This document shows positions 49,910 to 59,479 of a DNA stretch of 64,000 bases, in pieces. The notes beneath the pieces are model-generated. The model was not told where the DNA came from and did not search any database. It saw nothing but the letters and a program-made list of their open reading frames with translations. The number at the start of each line of letters is the position of its first letter. The stretch's first letter is position 1. Both the position numbers and the translations under genes were made by a program. Source of the DNA: a virus (Duplodnaviria > Caudoviricetes); IMG/VR virus record IMGVR_UViG_3300038974_000542, positions 1 to 64,000 of that record; one strand, written 5' to 3'.

Positions 49910-52900
49910 ATGGCTTGTAATGTAGTTGAATTAGCCACAGTAAATTTTTTAGAAAAAGAAGGTTACATAAGATGGCATGAAGTAGATGGTTATCCTGGAG
50001 AATACAGAATACCGAAGAATAAAGTAGAGAAGACAAGAAAAGCTATTAAGGAATTGACTATAGCTGCAAGAAAATATGGGGTAACTAATCCTTCTCAAAT
50101 GTTTCATATAGTAGAAAAGCCTTATAATTTAACTCCTGGGACTTCAGAAAGAGTAGATAATATGATTGCTAAAGGAATTACTTCCTACTATGTATTAGAG
50201 GAAGATATACCTTTTGTTACAGAGTTTCAAGAGAAGTTTGATAGATTTCAAGAAGAGAGAAAAGTAGTACAAAGTAAGATTGATTTTGATGCTCCATTAA
50301 AAGATAAAATTAAGATAATGTTCAGTAATAATCCAGAGTTTTTTGACATAGGAAGTCAAGAAGATTATTTAGAGTATCTTAAAGCAACCAATAAAGGAGA
50401 TGTAGTAAATGAGAATGATTTTGAGGACTTTCAGAAATTTGTTGAGAATAGAAATAGAGAAATTCAATCTGAGGAAGATTTTAGAAGATACACTATGAAT
50501 GCTCCTGGTTCTTATACTAATACAAGAACAGGAGAAACTGTAGATACTACAAATCTTGCTGCTAATTCTGCTTATGTAAATTCTAAGAGACAATTATTAG
50601 AAAATCTAAAGACCCATTTAGAGGATTACTATAAACTTAATAAAGGAAAAGAACATACAGAACTTTATAAAAAAAGGGTCAAGGAATTAAATGAGGTAAT
50701 TAATGAAGTATCTGATGAACTTAGTTTACTTACAGCTACAGATGCCAAGACAATATTCAGAAGTGTTATTAATGAAATAGAAATACTTTCAGAGATATTG
50801 GATAATCCTGATACTTTTAATGCAGAAAATTTTGAGCTTATTCAAAGATTAAATATACTATCTAATTTAATTCTAGGTCAGAATATTGATGGAACATCTA
50901 TTATAGGTGATAGAATAATGTTTAATGGAGAAGGTATTGAAGGTTTTAATGACTATGTTGTTGAACCTATGACTAAACTTAAACTTAAATATGATGACTA
51001 TCTATATAATGTAGCTGAGAATGCTTTCCTTAATAATCCTATCTTCATAGAAAACAGAGATAAGTTTACAGATGAACAAATACAAGAGATGTTGAAAAGT
51101 ATTAGAGAAAAAGGCAATGATATAAATTTTTTTCAGGCCTACTTTTTAGGAGTAAATTCTAATGCTGATTCTATATTGTTTAAAACTGTAAATGATTTAT
51201 TACAGACTAATGTAAGAAAAGTAGAACAGTCTATAGGTAAAAAAGAGAGAGCTCTTTCAGAAGTTCAGGAAAGACTTAGAAAAAAGAAGTTTGATATTGA
51301 TAAATTCTATGCTAAAGATGAGAATGGTATTAAAACAGGAAGATTAATCTCTAAGTATACAGCTAAATGGTTTAGAAGTATAAATGTTCTTCAGAACTTA
51401 AAAAAGGAATTTGATTCTGCACATAATCAACTAAAACCACAAAAATATAAAGAGATTGTATCTTGGTATGACAACAATGTTTCTTTTATAGATATAAGAA
51501 AACTAAAAGTCTTTAAAGATAGGTATTCAGAAGGATATGGGAAATACTTTAAGTTCTCTGATGAAGAGATGACCCAATATGAAAAATGGTTGAGAGAAGA
51601 GTTAGGAAAAGGTTATGATGAAGCTATAGAAGCTCAGATGGAGAACATAGAAAGATTTATATCTTATAGTCTCTCTGAGAGTGATAAAAATACTATTTGG
51701 ACTCAAAAAAATATTTCTGCTGCAAGCCCTTTCAAATTTTTGGAAAATTATGATAGCAAGAATAAAAGAAATGCTATACCTACTGTTGTAGGAAGCCAGA
51801 CTACAAGTGTTTTTAATATAGGTAAATATAATCACTTTATTCCAAAGAGATATATTGTGGATAAAACTACAGAGGACCTAATAGATAATGAATATTATGA
51901 CAAGATCTTCGAAAAAGATATTGAGTCTGACCCTGATGCTTATGAAGCTCAAAGATTACTTCAAGATCTACTCTCAAATCATATTAATCCAGCTTACAGC
52001 CTTAATGGTAATGTTATATCTTCTCTTCAAATTCCTATGTTAAGAAAAGAGTTTAGTGAAACTTGGGCAGAATCTAAAAGGAAAGGTATTTTATCATTGA
52101 TAAAAGCAATGGTACATAATGTTATAAATAACTGGAAGGATATTTGGTTTGATCAAACTTATAGTTCTGATAGGAAAGGTGTTGTAGCTAATTACTCTAA
52201 TGCAGCTCTAAGAGAAATAAATAACTATAAAAGAGTACTTCAATTAAAATCTTTAGAAGACCTTCTAAAAAAAGCAGATGAATTGGGTCTTCATTTTAAA
52301 TCAAATGAAACTAAGGATAGAATAATAGATGGAATTGCAAGAGCTGAAGTGTTACCAGAATTCTCTAATGACATATTTCAAAATGTACTTACAGTATCCT
52401 CTTATGCTACCTTACACAGGGCAAGACAAGACACTTCTTTTATTGCAGAATTATTATATAAGGTACATATTAAGCCAAACTTAGATGGTAAAGTAAGGGA
52501 GTTATCCAGTAAGAAATTTAGAGCTTGGATAGACACCAATGTATATGGAAAAAGAAATGAAAAATCTCAAGAAAATAACGTAATTACTAAAGCAAACTTG
52601 AAAAGACTCTCTGATGCCGATAAAAAATTAAAGAAGGTTCTTCAAGAAATTAATGCTGATAATCTTGGAGAGGATGTTGTTTTTTATTTGGATGGTATCA
52701 GATATACTTCCAGATTAGATGATAATAATAACAGAGAATTTGTAGCTATTAAAGAGAATGAATCTGAAGAGGGTTCTGAATATAAAATTATAAGTTCTGA
52801 AGAATTTGAGGAGAAGCTTGATACTTATCTAAAAAATCAAATAGATAATTTGGGGATATCTATGACTTTTAGTAGTTTAGTTAGTGGAGTTCTACATAAT

Positions 52901-54889
52901 CTTTCTATAAAATTTTTAGGTTTTAATATCAAATCAGGTATAAAAAATAGAATTGAGGGTGCTGTAATGAATTCTATTATAGATGCTGAAGGAACTAAAT
53001 GGACAAGAGGTAATAACAGAAATTCTACAAGAATACTTTCTTTAGCAAATATTTTTAGATTATCTAATGGTAAACTTGATAATATTGCAAGAAAAAAAGC
53101 TCTGCAATTAAAGACTATAGATCAACTTGTTCAAAGACTTGGAGTACTTCAGGATAGAAAAGATTTTAGAGACAAGAAAAATCAAGTTTCTGCCTATGAT
53201 AAATATAAGGATTTTTTAGATGTATATAATTTTGCAATAGGTATGCCAGAGTACAGAAATCAGGTTGAAATTGTTCTCAATATACTTCAAGATCAAAAAA
53301 TTACTAATTATAAAGGAGAAACTGTAAGTTTTGTAAATGGTACAGGTATTGTAAAAGATTCTGAAGGAAGAGTAATTGAAACAGGACAATATATGTCTGC
53401 ATATATCCCTGGAACTCTCACACTTAAAGATGAATATAAATATACAGCTGAGGCTTTTAATGAGGATGGTACTTTAAAAGATAATATAAATTTGAATGAC
53501 TATATTAATATGGATAATATTGGATATGAGACATTTCAAGTTTTTGATGCTATTGGTGGTAAAACCGAAGGTAGTAATGCTATACATCTTATAAATGAAA
53601 AAATTCAGGATACTATTAATAAGACCCAGGGTAACTTTTCAAGTATGGATAGTATTCTTGTTATGAGGAGTACTTTGGGAAGATTTGCTATGTTTTTTAA
53701 AAGATATTTACCTGAACTTGTAAACCAAAGATTTGGAACTTTTGGAAATGATATTATTCAAGGAAAATATAAATCCGAAGGTAGATATAGAGTACTCTTC
53801 AGAAATCCTGGTGCTTTAGGTGTATTTGCTTCTACAGTTGCTACTGTATTTTTCGGACCACTTATAGGTGGAGGATTTCTAGCTACAGCATTTCTTCCTT
53901 ACTTATTCCACAGTGTTTCAAATAGATGGTTTAATCGTGAGATTAATGTAAGTTTAGCAGATAATCTTGAAGAATCTGTGGGGATGTTGAAAGAAATTTT
54001 AATAAGAACTATGGATTTCCCTTTGGGAATAGTACATTCTAAGTGGAGATTCAGAGATATAAAATCTCTTGGAGATAATCAGTTTTTTGAAAAACTCAAA
54101 GATAAAGAAGTACTTACAGAAGATGAGGCTGGAGCTTTAATAGCTTGTGCTGAGGAGATAGCTATAACTATAGGAAGTATGTTATTTATAATGTTGGCTA
54201 AGAATGCCTTTGGTGGTGGAGATGATGATGATGAAGATAAAAAGCAACTTAGAAATTTTATTGACAATTATGGAAACCAGATTATGAGTAACTTAACACA
54301 ATTCTATGATCCAGTAGGTTTTGTTAAAGACAACTTTTCAAGACTTGTATTATTTTCTACATTAGAGGATACTGAAAAATTTCTAACTGCTTTTAGAAAG
54401 TATATTGACTATGATGAAGGTACTCTAAGGGAAGTCACTATGAAGGGTCTCAAGGCACAACCTCTTGTACCTATAATTAATTTCGCAGCTAAACCTATTG
54501 AGGTTGGAGATATTTCAGGTATTTGGAAAGACGAAAAAGAATATGATTCTGGACAGTGGTTTGATAAGGTTGTAAAATCTAAAGAGGCAATTTCGAAGGA
54601 AAAACTCACTAACAGAAGAGAATCTTTGAAGAAAAAATATATTGATTTACTTTCTGATAGATATAGGGAAGAATTAGGTTTTAGTAAATCTGAGGCAGAT
54701 GTAGTAGCAGAAAAGACAGCTAGGAAGATGATGAATAATCCTGAAATTTCAAGGCAATATAGAGAAGGTGAAACCTTTGAGGATGCCTTAGAAAGAATAG
54801 ATTTCAAAGAGGCTACTAAATTAGCTGAGGAAGCTGTAGCTGAAGTTGAGTTAGAAGAACCAGAAGAGGAAGAAGAAACTACAGAATAA
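49910..54889 (+). CDS. Large virion cargo protein downstream of the RNAP
   Basis: 1659-aa helical protein with a hydrophobic segment near the C-terminus; last gene of the late operon. Confidence 0.7.
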   Translation: MACNVVELATVNFLEKEGYIRWHEVDGYPGEYRIPKNKVEKTRKAIKELTIAARKYGVTNPSQMFHIVEKPYNLTPGTSERVDNMIAKGITSYYVLEEDIPFVTEFQEKFDRFQEERKVVQSKIDFDAPLKDKIKIMFSNNPEFFDIGSQEDYLEYLKATNKGDVVNENDFEDFQKFVENRNREIQSEEDFRRYTMNAPGSYTNTRTGETVDTTNLAANSAYVNSKRQLLENLKTHLEDYYKLNKGKEHTELYKKRVKELNEVINEVSDELSLLTATDAKTIFRSVINEIEILSEILDNPDTFNAENFELIQRLNILSNLILGQNIDGTSIIGDRIMFNGEGIEGFNDYVVEPMTKLKLKYDDYLYNVAENAFLNNPIFIENRDKFTDEQIQEMLKSIREKGNDINFFQAYFLGVNSNADSILFKTVNDLLQTNVRKVEQSIGKKERALSEVQERLRKKKFDIDKFYAKDENGIKTGRLISKYTAKWFRSINVLQNLKKEFDSAHNQLKPQKYKEIVSWYDNNVSFIDIRKLKVFKDRYSEGYGKYFKFSDEEMTQYEKWLREELGKGYDEAIEAQMENIERFISYSLSESDKNTIWTQKNISAASPFKFLENYDSKNKRNAIPTVVGSQTTSVFNIGKYNHFIPKRYIVDKTTEDLIDNEYYDKIFEKDIESDPDAYEAQRLLQDLLSNHINPAYSLNGNVISSLQIPMLRKEFSETWAESKRKGILSLIKAMVHNVINNWKDIWFDQTYSSDRKGVVANYSNAALREINNYKRVLQLKSLEDLLKKADELGLHFKSNETKDRIIDGIARAEVLPEFSNDIFQNVLTVSSYATLHRARQDTSFIAELLYKVHIKPNLDGKVRELSSKKFRAWIDTNVYGKRNEKSQENNVITKANLKRLSDADKKLKKVLQEINADNLGEDVVFYLDGIRYTSRLDDNNNREFVAIKENESEEGSEYKIISSEEFEEKLDTYLKNQIDNLGISMTFSSLVSGVLHNLSIKFLGFNIKSGIKNRIEGAVMNSIIDAEGTKWTRGNNRNSTRILSLANIFRLSNGKLDNIARKKALQLKTIDQLVQRLGVLQDRKDFRDKKNQVSAYDKYKDFLDVYNFAIGMPEYRNQVEIVLNILQDQKITNYKGETVSFVNGTGIVKDSEGRVIETGQYMSAYIPGTLTLKDEYKYTAEAFNEDGTLKDNINLNDYINMDNIGYETFQVFDAIGGKTEGSNAIHLINEKIQDTINKTQGNFSSMDSILVMRSTLGRFAMFFKRYLPELVNQRFGTFGNDIIQGKYKSEGRYRVLFRNPGALGVFASTVATVFFGPLIGGGFLATAFLPYLFHSVSNRWFNREINVSLADNLEESVGMLKEILIRTMDFPLGIVHSKWRFRDIKSLGDNQFFEKLKDKEVLTEDEAGALIACAEEIAITIGSMLFIMLAKNAFGGGDDDDEDKKQLRNFIDNYGNQIMSNLTQFYDPVGFVKDNFSRLVLFSTLEDTEKFLTAFRKYIDYDEGTLREVTMKGLKAQPLVPIINFAAKPIEVGDISGIWKDEKEYDSGQWFDKVVKSKEAISKEKLTNRRESLKKKYIDLLSDRYREELGFSKSEADVVAEKTARKMMNNPEISRQYREGETFEDALERIDFKEATKLAEEAVAEVELEEPEEEEETTE

Positions 54890-54896
54890 AAAAAAT

Positions 54897-54921
54897 AAAG
54901 TGGGGTGTAAAACCCCACTTT
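54897..54921. terminator. Bidirectional Rho-independent terminator between convergent blocks
   Basis: aaagtggggt-gtaaa-accccacttt, 10-bp perfect stem flanked by A and T tracts. Confidence 0.9.
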
Positions 54922-55001
54922 TATTATTCTACCTTTATCAAGAAATCAATTCTCCAAAACCTTCAGCATATGCAAATGCTATCTTTGTGTTCCACTCTAT
55001 T

Positions 55002-55715
55002 TTACCATTCTATTATATTATAGTTAATCCCTAAACCTACATATGGACCATAATCAAGTTTTCTACTATTTAATCCATAGTTTATACCAAAACCTAAATC
55101 AATTCCAATACCACATTTCTTCTGTTTTGGAACAGCTACATTAAAAACTCTTATATCCTTAGTGGTAGAATAGGGATTTAGATTAGTTATTTCAGCATAG
55201 TAACCCTGCTTTGAGTCTTTTATAGCTATAGTAAATTCATCTCTGGATTTCATTGTAAAGTAACTTTTCCCATATTGAAAACCATATCTTGCATTAATCC
55301 AGCTATTGTTTATACTATCCAGAAGAATTGATTCTGAGAAAACTATGGTATCCCCACCTATAGGATAATAGTCTCTAATTGTATCTATATATGTAATTTG
55401 ATTAGCAATATATAAAGCAGTTTTCAAATCTTTTATTTGTTTACCCTGAGAATTAATAAAGTTTTGAAGCTTTAAATTTCCATCTTTAAGATTTTGTATT
55501 TCTAGAAAATCTTTAGCTTTGTCCATTTGCATTACAAAAATTCGAGATACATTAAGACTATCTTTATTCCTATAGGTTTTAAGGGAATCTGTAATAGAAT
55601 TATATAAACTTACTTGTTCTTCATAATTTTCCTTATAACTATTCCCTCTTCTAATAAAGAAAATAATAAGAAAGAAAGCAAACAAAGAAATAAAATACCA
55701 ATACTCTTTTTTCAT
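55002..55715 (-). CDS. Spanin-like membrane protein
   Basis: N-terminal TM (YWYFISLFAFFLIIFFI), coiled coil, and C-terminal amphipathic Gly/aromatic beta strands. Confidence 0.55.
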   Translation of the reverse strand: MKKEYWYFISLFAFFLIIFFIRRGNSYKENYEEQVSLYNSITDSLKTYRNKDSLNVSRIFVMQMDKAKDFLEIQNLKDGNLKLQNFINSQGKQIKDLKTALYIANQITYIDTIRDYYPIGGDTIVFSESILLDSINNSWINARYGFQYGKSYFTMKSRDEFTIAIKDSKQGYYAEITNLNPYSTTKDIRVFNVAVPKQKKCGIGIDLGFGINYGLNSRKLDYGPYVGLGINYNIIEW

Positions 55716-56035
55716 TTTGATCTAAGTGTTTTGGGGGAGGCTTCTTTTAAGGCTACCCAAATAGCCTTTCTTACTTTATGACTTGGGACATTCTTTAGTA
55801 CTTTTTCAAGAGAACGTTTTCTTCCAATATTCTTATTGAAATTATCTAATGGAAAACAATAAGATTTCTCAGAAACCATTACTCCAGTATTTTCATTTAC
55901 AAGAATACATTCAGTGAAACTTGTTGATTCTGGAAGTGCAGTTTTATTCTTCTTACTCTGAAGATAATTATTTCTATCTACAGAGTTATTATTTACATGT
56001 CTCCAGTAAATTCTTAAATTGTTAATCTTAATCAT
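55712..56035 (-). CDS. Hypothetical protein
   Basis: 107 aa with DNFNKNIGRKRSL motif; ATGA-coupled. Confidence 0.65.
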   Translation of the reverse strand: MIKINNLRIYWRHVNNNSVDRNNYLQSKKNKTALPESTSFTECILVNENTGVMVSEKSYCFPLDNFNKNIGRKRSLEKVLKNVPSHKVRKAIWVALKEASPKTLRSK

Positions 56036-56721
56036 AGTGAAAATTCTTTTTCTACAAAAATATGAAAATCTTTGTGTTGTTGTATGTAATTTAAAGGATG
56101 AGCTTGTTTTAGAGAAAAAGTAACATGGTTATATAAAGACCATAAATTTTCATCTCTAAACTGTTCAAACTGAGGTTCTTCAAATTCTTTTTTAATAATG
56201 TTAAGTTGAGTTGAAGTGACTAAGTTTTCTTGGAAATACATTCTTCCAAGTAGTTTTGCCATCTCTTCTTTTGGGAGCTCAATCCTCTTCATTTCTTCAG
56301 AATGCTGTATCATCCTTTGGAAGTGCTCATCCAAGTGATTTATTGCTGTAACAACTTTCTCGTGAAGCTCTTGATTTACTGAACCAGTATGTTTTCTAAG
56401 AAAATATTCCTCCCCTGAAATCATACCATTACTGCAAATCCACACTGAAGCTCCACTCACAAATGCTACACTCATAGATTTATCATAGCTATTTCTAAAA
56501 GCTAATCTCATACCTAAATCAGAGTTATCTGGATGTCTTATATCCATATAACCAATAACCTGAGTACCCTGTCTATTTGTATTATACTTTTCATTTACAG
56601 GTACTAAATTGTGTCTATCAAGTTCCTCTTGAACAACCTCAATAATAGCTCTATGTGGAACTGCTGAATAAGTATCAGTTGAGGGAGGAACTTGTACACA
56701 TAGTAATTCTTCTCTATTCAT
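56032..56721 (-). CDS. DUF932/DUF945 family protein
   Basis: RNSYDKSMSV...GASVWICSNGMI...HTG, NLWSLYNHVT. Confidence 0.8.
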   Translation of the reverse strand: MNREELLCVQVPPSTDTYSAVPHRAIIEVVQEELDRHNLVPVNEKYNTNRQGTQVIGYMDIRHPDNSDLGMRLAFRNSYDKSMSVAFVSGASVWICSNGMISGEEYFLRKHTGSVNQELHEKVVTAINHLDEHFQRMIQHSEEMKRIELPKEEMAKLLGRMYFQENLVTSTQLNIIKKEFEEPQFEQFRDENLWSLYNHVTFSLKQAHPLNYIQQHKDFHIFVEKEFSL

Positions 56722-57047
56722 TTTCTTTTCTTTTTTAATAAATTGTTTTTTTCAAGAGCTTTTATTCTTTTTAAAGTAATCTCATCTTTAAAAACAGAAG
56801 CAAGAGTATCTATAGTAGAAACTCCTCTATAGTACTCACTTCTGTTCTTTCTAAAAATAAACTTTGTTACATTTTCAGGAGATATCATAGGAAATCTTTT
56901 ACTACAAGAATAATAAAAGAGGTCCTTATAACTAGATACTATCCCATCAACCCTTTTCTTATGGAAACTATCCTTATCCAGGAAAAATAAATCACAGAAC
57001 TTCTCAAAATGTTCCTCTAATTCTTCTATATAATTCATCATCAACAA
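56718..57047 (-). CDS. Small protein resembling the DnaA C-terminal (domain IV) HTH
   Basis: Pattern F..D....KKR...IVS.......Y......S.E.V..F..RKNRS.Y...V..I..L parallels DnaA domain IV; similarity judged by eye only. Confidence 0.4.
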   Translation of the reverse strand: MLMMNYIEELEEHFEKFCDLFFLDKDSFHKKRVDGIVSSYKDLFYYSCSKRFPMISPENVTKFIFRKNRSEYYRGVSTIDTLASVFKDEITLKRIKALEKNNLLKKKRK

Positions 57048-57396
57048 AAATTTTTATTTTATTATTTTCTATCATAAAAAAAGATATTGCCTTATTTTTT
57101 GATAAAGCATATTTTATCTCTGCTTGAACACCATTAGATTCCTTCGTTGTATGCCAGCCTTCTTTGGGAACTAATACCCAAACTTCATCAGCCCAATCAA
57201 TAAATTGAAAATCCACTTTCTTCCAAAAATTCCAGTTAGTAGGAAGATTATATTCTCTTGTAATAATATGACAATGACTAATAGGACTAAAAACATTATA
57301 CCCCTCATTAAGAAGTACTGCAGCTGCTTCATTAGCCTGTTTAAAAGAACTTTCTGTCATACCTGTATAAGGAATAGCCAAATATATCTTCTTCAT
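57004..57396 (-). CDS. DUF1937 / nucleoside 2-deoxyribosyltransferase-like protein
   Basis: KKIYLAIPYTG, NVFSPISHCH, FIDWADEVWV, SNGVQAEIKYA. Confidence 0.8.
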   Translation of the reverse strand: MKKIYLAIPYTGMTESSFKQANEAAAVLLNEGYNVFSPISHCHIITREYNLPTNWNFWKKVDFQFIDWADEVWVLVPKEGWHTTKESNGVQAEIKYALSKNKAISFFMIENNKIKIFVDDELYRRIRGTF

Positions 57397-57557
57397 ACTT
57401 TATTCTTAATTTGATAAATACAAATGCTCTTTACTGGTTTAAACTTTGAATACCACATATATTTATTATTACCTTTATCAATAAATCTTAAACAACTCTT
57501 CTTTAAATGGCAGGTAGTATTTTCACACCTTGTACAATCATTAGACAAATCATTCAT
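57393..57557 (-). CDS. Small Cys-rich protein (54 aa), absent from the ORF track
   Basis: MNDLSNDCTRCENTTCHLKKSCLRF...KNKV*; ATGA overlaps with both neighbours. Confidence 0.75.
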   Translation of the reverse strand: MNDLSNDCTRCENTTCHLKKSCLRFIDKGNNKYMWYSKFKPVKSICIYQIKNKV

Positions 57558-57784
57558 ACCATTAAAACATATTTAATATCAACTTTGTATGAAGCAAAAT
57601 CATCAGGATCTTCTGAGAAGAAAACCATCTCAGCTCCCATATCTTCATAGGCCTTTTTAACTGCGAGATCTTCTACTTTTTTAAAAGAAAGGTCTTCTCC
57701 TTTTTCTCTTAGCTCTTCTTCTAAAGAGCTTGAAGTATACTCATATACTCTACTTAGAGTTACTCTTAGTATCTTGTCCATCAT
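57554..57784 (-). CDS. Hypothetical protein
   Basis: 76-aa ORF within a tightly packed operon. Confidence 0.6.
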   Translation of the reverse strand: MMDKILRVTLSRVYEYTSSSLEEELREKGEDLSFKKVEDLAVKKAYEDMGAEMVFFSEDPDDFASYKVDIKYVLMV

Positions 57785-58571
57785 ATAAAAATTCTTTAAC
57801 TTTTTCTAATAAAGATAGGATATCAGAGTCATTATTAATAATATAATCAAAATATTGATAATTATCTAAAGCTATTTCTGAAGGATGAATATCATTATCC
57901 TCAAATCCAGACCTATTAACTCTAATTACAATTCCACCTCTTTTCTTTATTGCTTTAACTTCATTAGGAAATCTTACATCTGGTATAATATAATTAGGTT
58001 GTCTTATACCATAAGAACCATCAGTTTTAGAGTTTAATTGTTTTATTAATTCATCAGAAGGATAATTAACAAATAAAGCATTAACCCAAATATTAGGATG
58101 TATAATATTTCTTCCACAATCAGTACCAAGAAGTTGAAGCAACAATCTGGGAGTAAGTTTTACTAGTTCATGCCCAAAGAAATTTTCAGGAGATTCATGA
58201 AGCTGTTTATAAACATCTAATTCTCCAGTAAAAGGAACTAATTCATAGTCATGATAGTAATATTTAGTATCTAGATAAACTTTCCAACACCACCATTCTT
58301 CAGGTAATTCTTTCTCCTTAAAATCTCTATCTTCAAGTTGCTCTCTTGTACAACCTAAAAGAATACAGACTATATCTTTAAGTTTATCTGCAAATCTTTT
58401 AATACAAAAAGAAGAATCAGTAACACTTTGTTTGTTTTCTTTTAAATATTGAAGAAATTCCATCTTTGGATAATAAGAAGAAGTAAGATACTGTATCATA
58501 TTAGCTACCAGGTCTTTACCCGAATTCTTATGTCCTGAAATGCCAATAAGATTATATTTAATCCCCTCCAT
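57750..58571 (-). CDS. Deoxynucleoside monophosphate kinase
   Basis: P-loop GISGHKNSGKD, FADKLK, PRLLLQLLGT, IIPDVRFPNE, HPSE. Confidence 0.9.
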   Translation of the reverse strand: MEGIKYNLIGISGHKNSGKDLVANMIQYLTSSYYPKMEFLQYLKENKQSVTDSSFCIKRFADKLKDIVCILLGCTREQLEDRDFKEKELPEEWWCWKVYLDTKYYYHDYELVPFTGELDVYKQLHESPENFFGHELVKLTPRLLLQLLGTDCGRNIIHPNIWVNALFVNYPSDELIKQLNSKTDGSYGIRQPNYIIPDVRFPNEVKAIKKRGGIVIRVNRSGFEDNDIHPSEIALDNYQYFDYIINNDSDILSLLEKVKEFLYDGQDTKSNSK

Positions 58572-58815
58572 TTTTGTATATTATTTTAGAGTCTTCATAT
58601 ACTTCAATAGTAGAATAACCATCATTCTCTTCCACAGATAAATGACTCTCTGTATCAAACATAGTTTCTTCTTCTTTAAAGCCTAAATTTTCATCAAAGA
58701 TACTATATATGTCTCCTTGTTTAATAAGATCAATTATTTCCTGCATATTTGCCTCATCTGAAAAATAAGCTCTATTCCAGACTTTTACCTTTATATCTAC
58801 AAAATTTTTCAACAT
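58558..58815 (-). CDS. Hypothetical acidic protein
   Basis: 85-aa ORF overlapping the next gene. Confidence 0.6.
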   Translation of the reverse strand: MLKNFVDIKVKVWNRAYFSDEANMQEIIDLIKQGDIYSIFDENLGFKEEETMFDTESHLSVEENDGYSTIEVYEDSKIIYKNGGD

Positions 58816-58894
58816 AATACTTAATATTTAATGTTTAAAAAAAGAAGGTTTTTCAGTATTATGGGTAACCTACAACCATTAGTGATTTACAATA

Positions 58895-59479
58895 CTAACT
58901 ATTAAAAATCTCTTCCTTTAAATTCATAGTATAAGGAAGTTCCAACTCTGAGTCTTCAAGATCTCTATCACTAAGATTTTTTAAATCAAAGATCTTCCTC
59001 AACTTATTAGTAAAATCAGGTAGTAGTAGTTTATTCTTAGTTAATACTTTGTACTCTTTACTGTCTTCTTTAAAGAGTTTCAAAATCTCTTCTTTTGTAA
59101 ACATTTCAGAGTATTTGCCTTCTAAAAATTTATCATAAGCATTTTTATATTTCTTAGGAAAATCAAGAATTATCATATGTCCTCTTCCTTCCATATCAGC
59201 TATATAATCATAGATATAATAGTCCTGATATCTTATCCAATATATAAAATCCTCTGATTTTCTCTTATTAGCAAAGGTATCTATAAGAATGAATATTGGT
59301 GACTTATTTCCTATAATAAAATTAGGATTTTCTTCAATAACTTTATCACCAATACCATAAGCTAATACAAACATTTCTTTAAATTTCACTTCAAAAATTC
59401 TGCTATAACCTTCTTTTAAACAAGGAGAAAGGTATTCTGAAGTTTTATTCTCATATTGTTCTCTATACTTAATAACCAT
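58895..59479 (-). CDS. Hypothetical protein
   Basis: 194-aa ORF coupled to the nuclease gene. Confidence 0.7.
   Translation of the reverse strand: MVIKYREQYENKTSEYLSPCLKEGYSRIFEVKFKEMFVLAYGIGDKVIEENPNFIIGNKSPIFILIDTFANKRKSEDFIYWIRYQDYYIYDYIADMEGRGHMIILDFPKKYKNAYDKFLEGKYSEMFTKEEILKLFKEDSKEYKVLTKNKLLLPDFTNKLRKIFDLKNLSDRDLEDSELELPYTMNLKEEIFNS

Noticed and set aside
34848-54889. Inteins in the giant proteins or TerL
   Set aside because: No Hint-domain ends (Cys/Ser start; His-Asn followed by Cys/Ser/Thr) and no LAGLIDADG motifs were seen; VHN at about 52113 is followed by Val.
54409-54918. 169-aa minus-strand ORF
   Set aside because: Ser/Leu-rich antisense shadow of the Glu-rich end of the 49910 gene; it also crosses the terminator.
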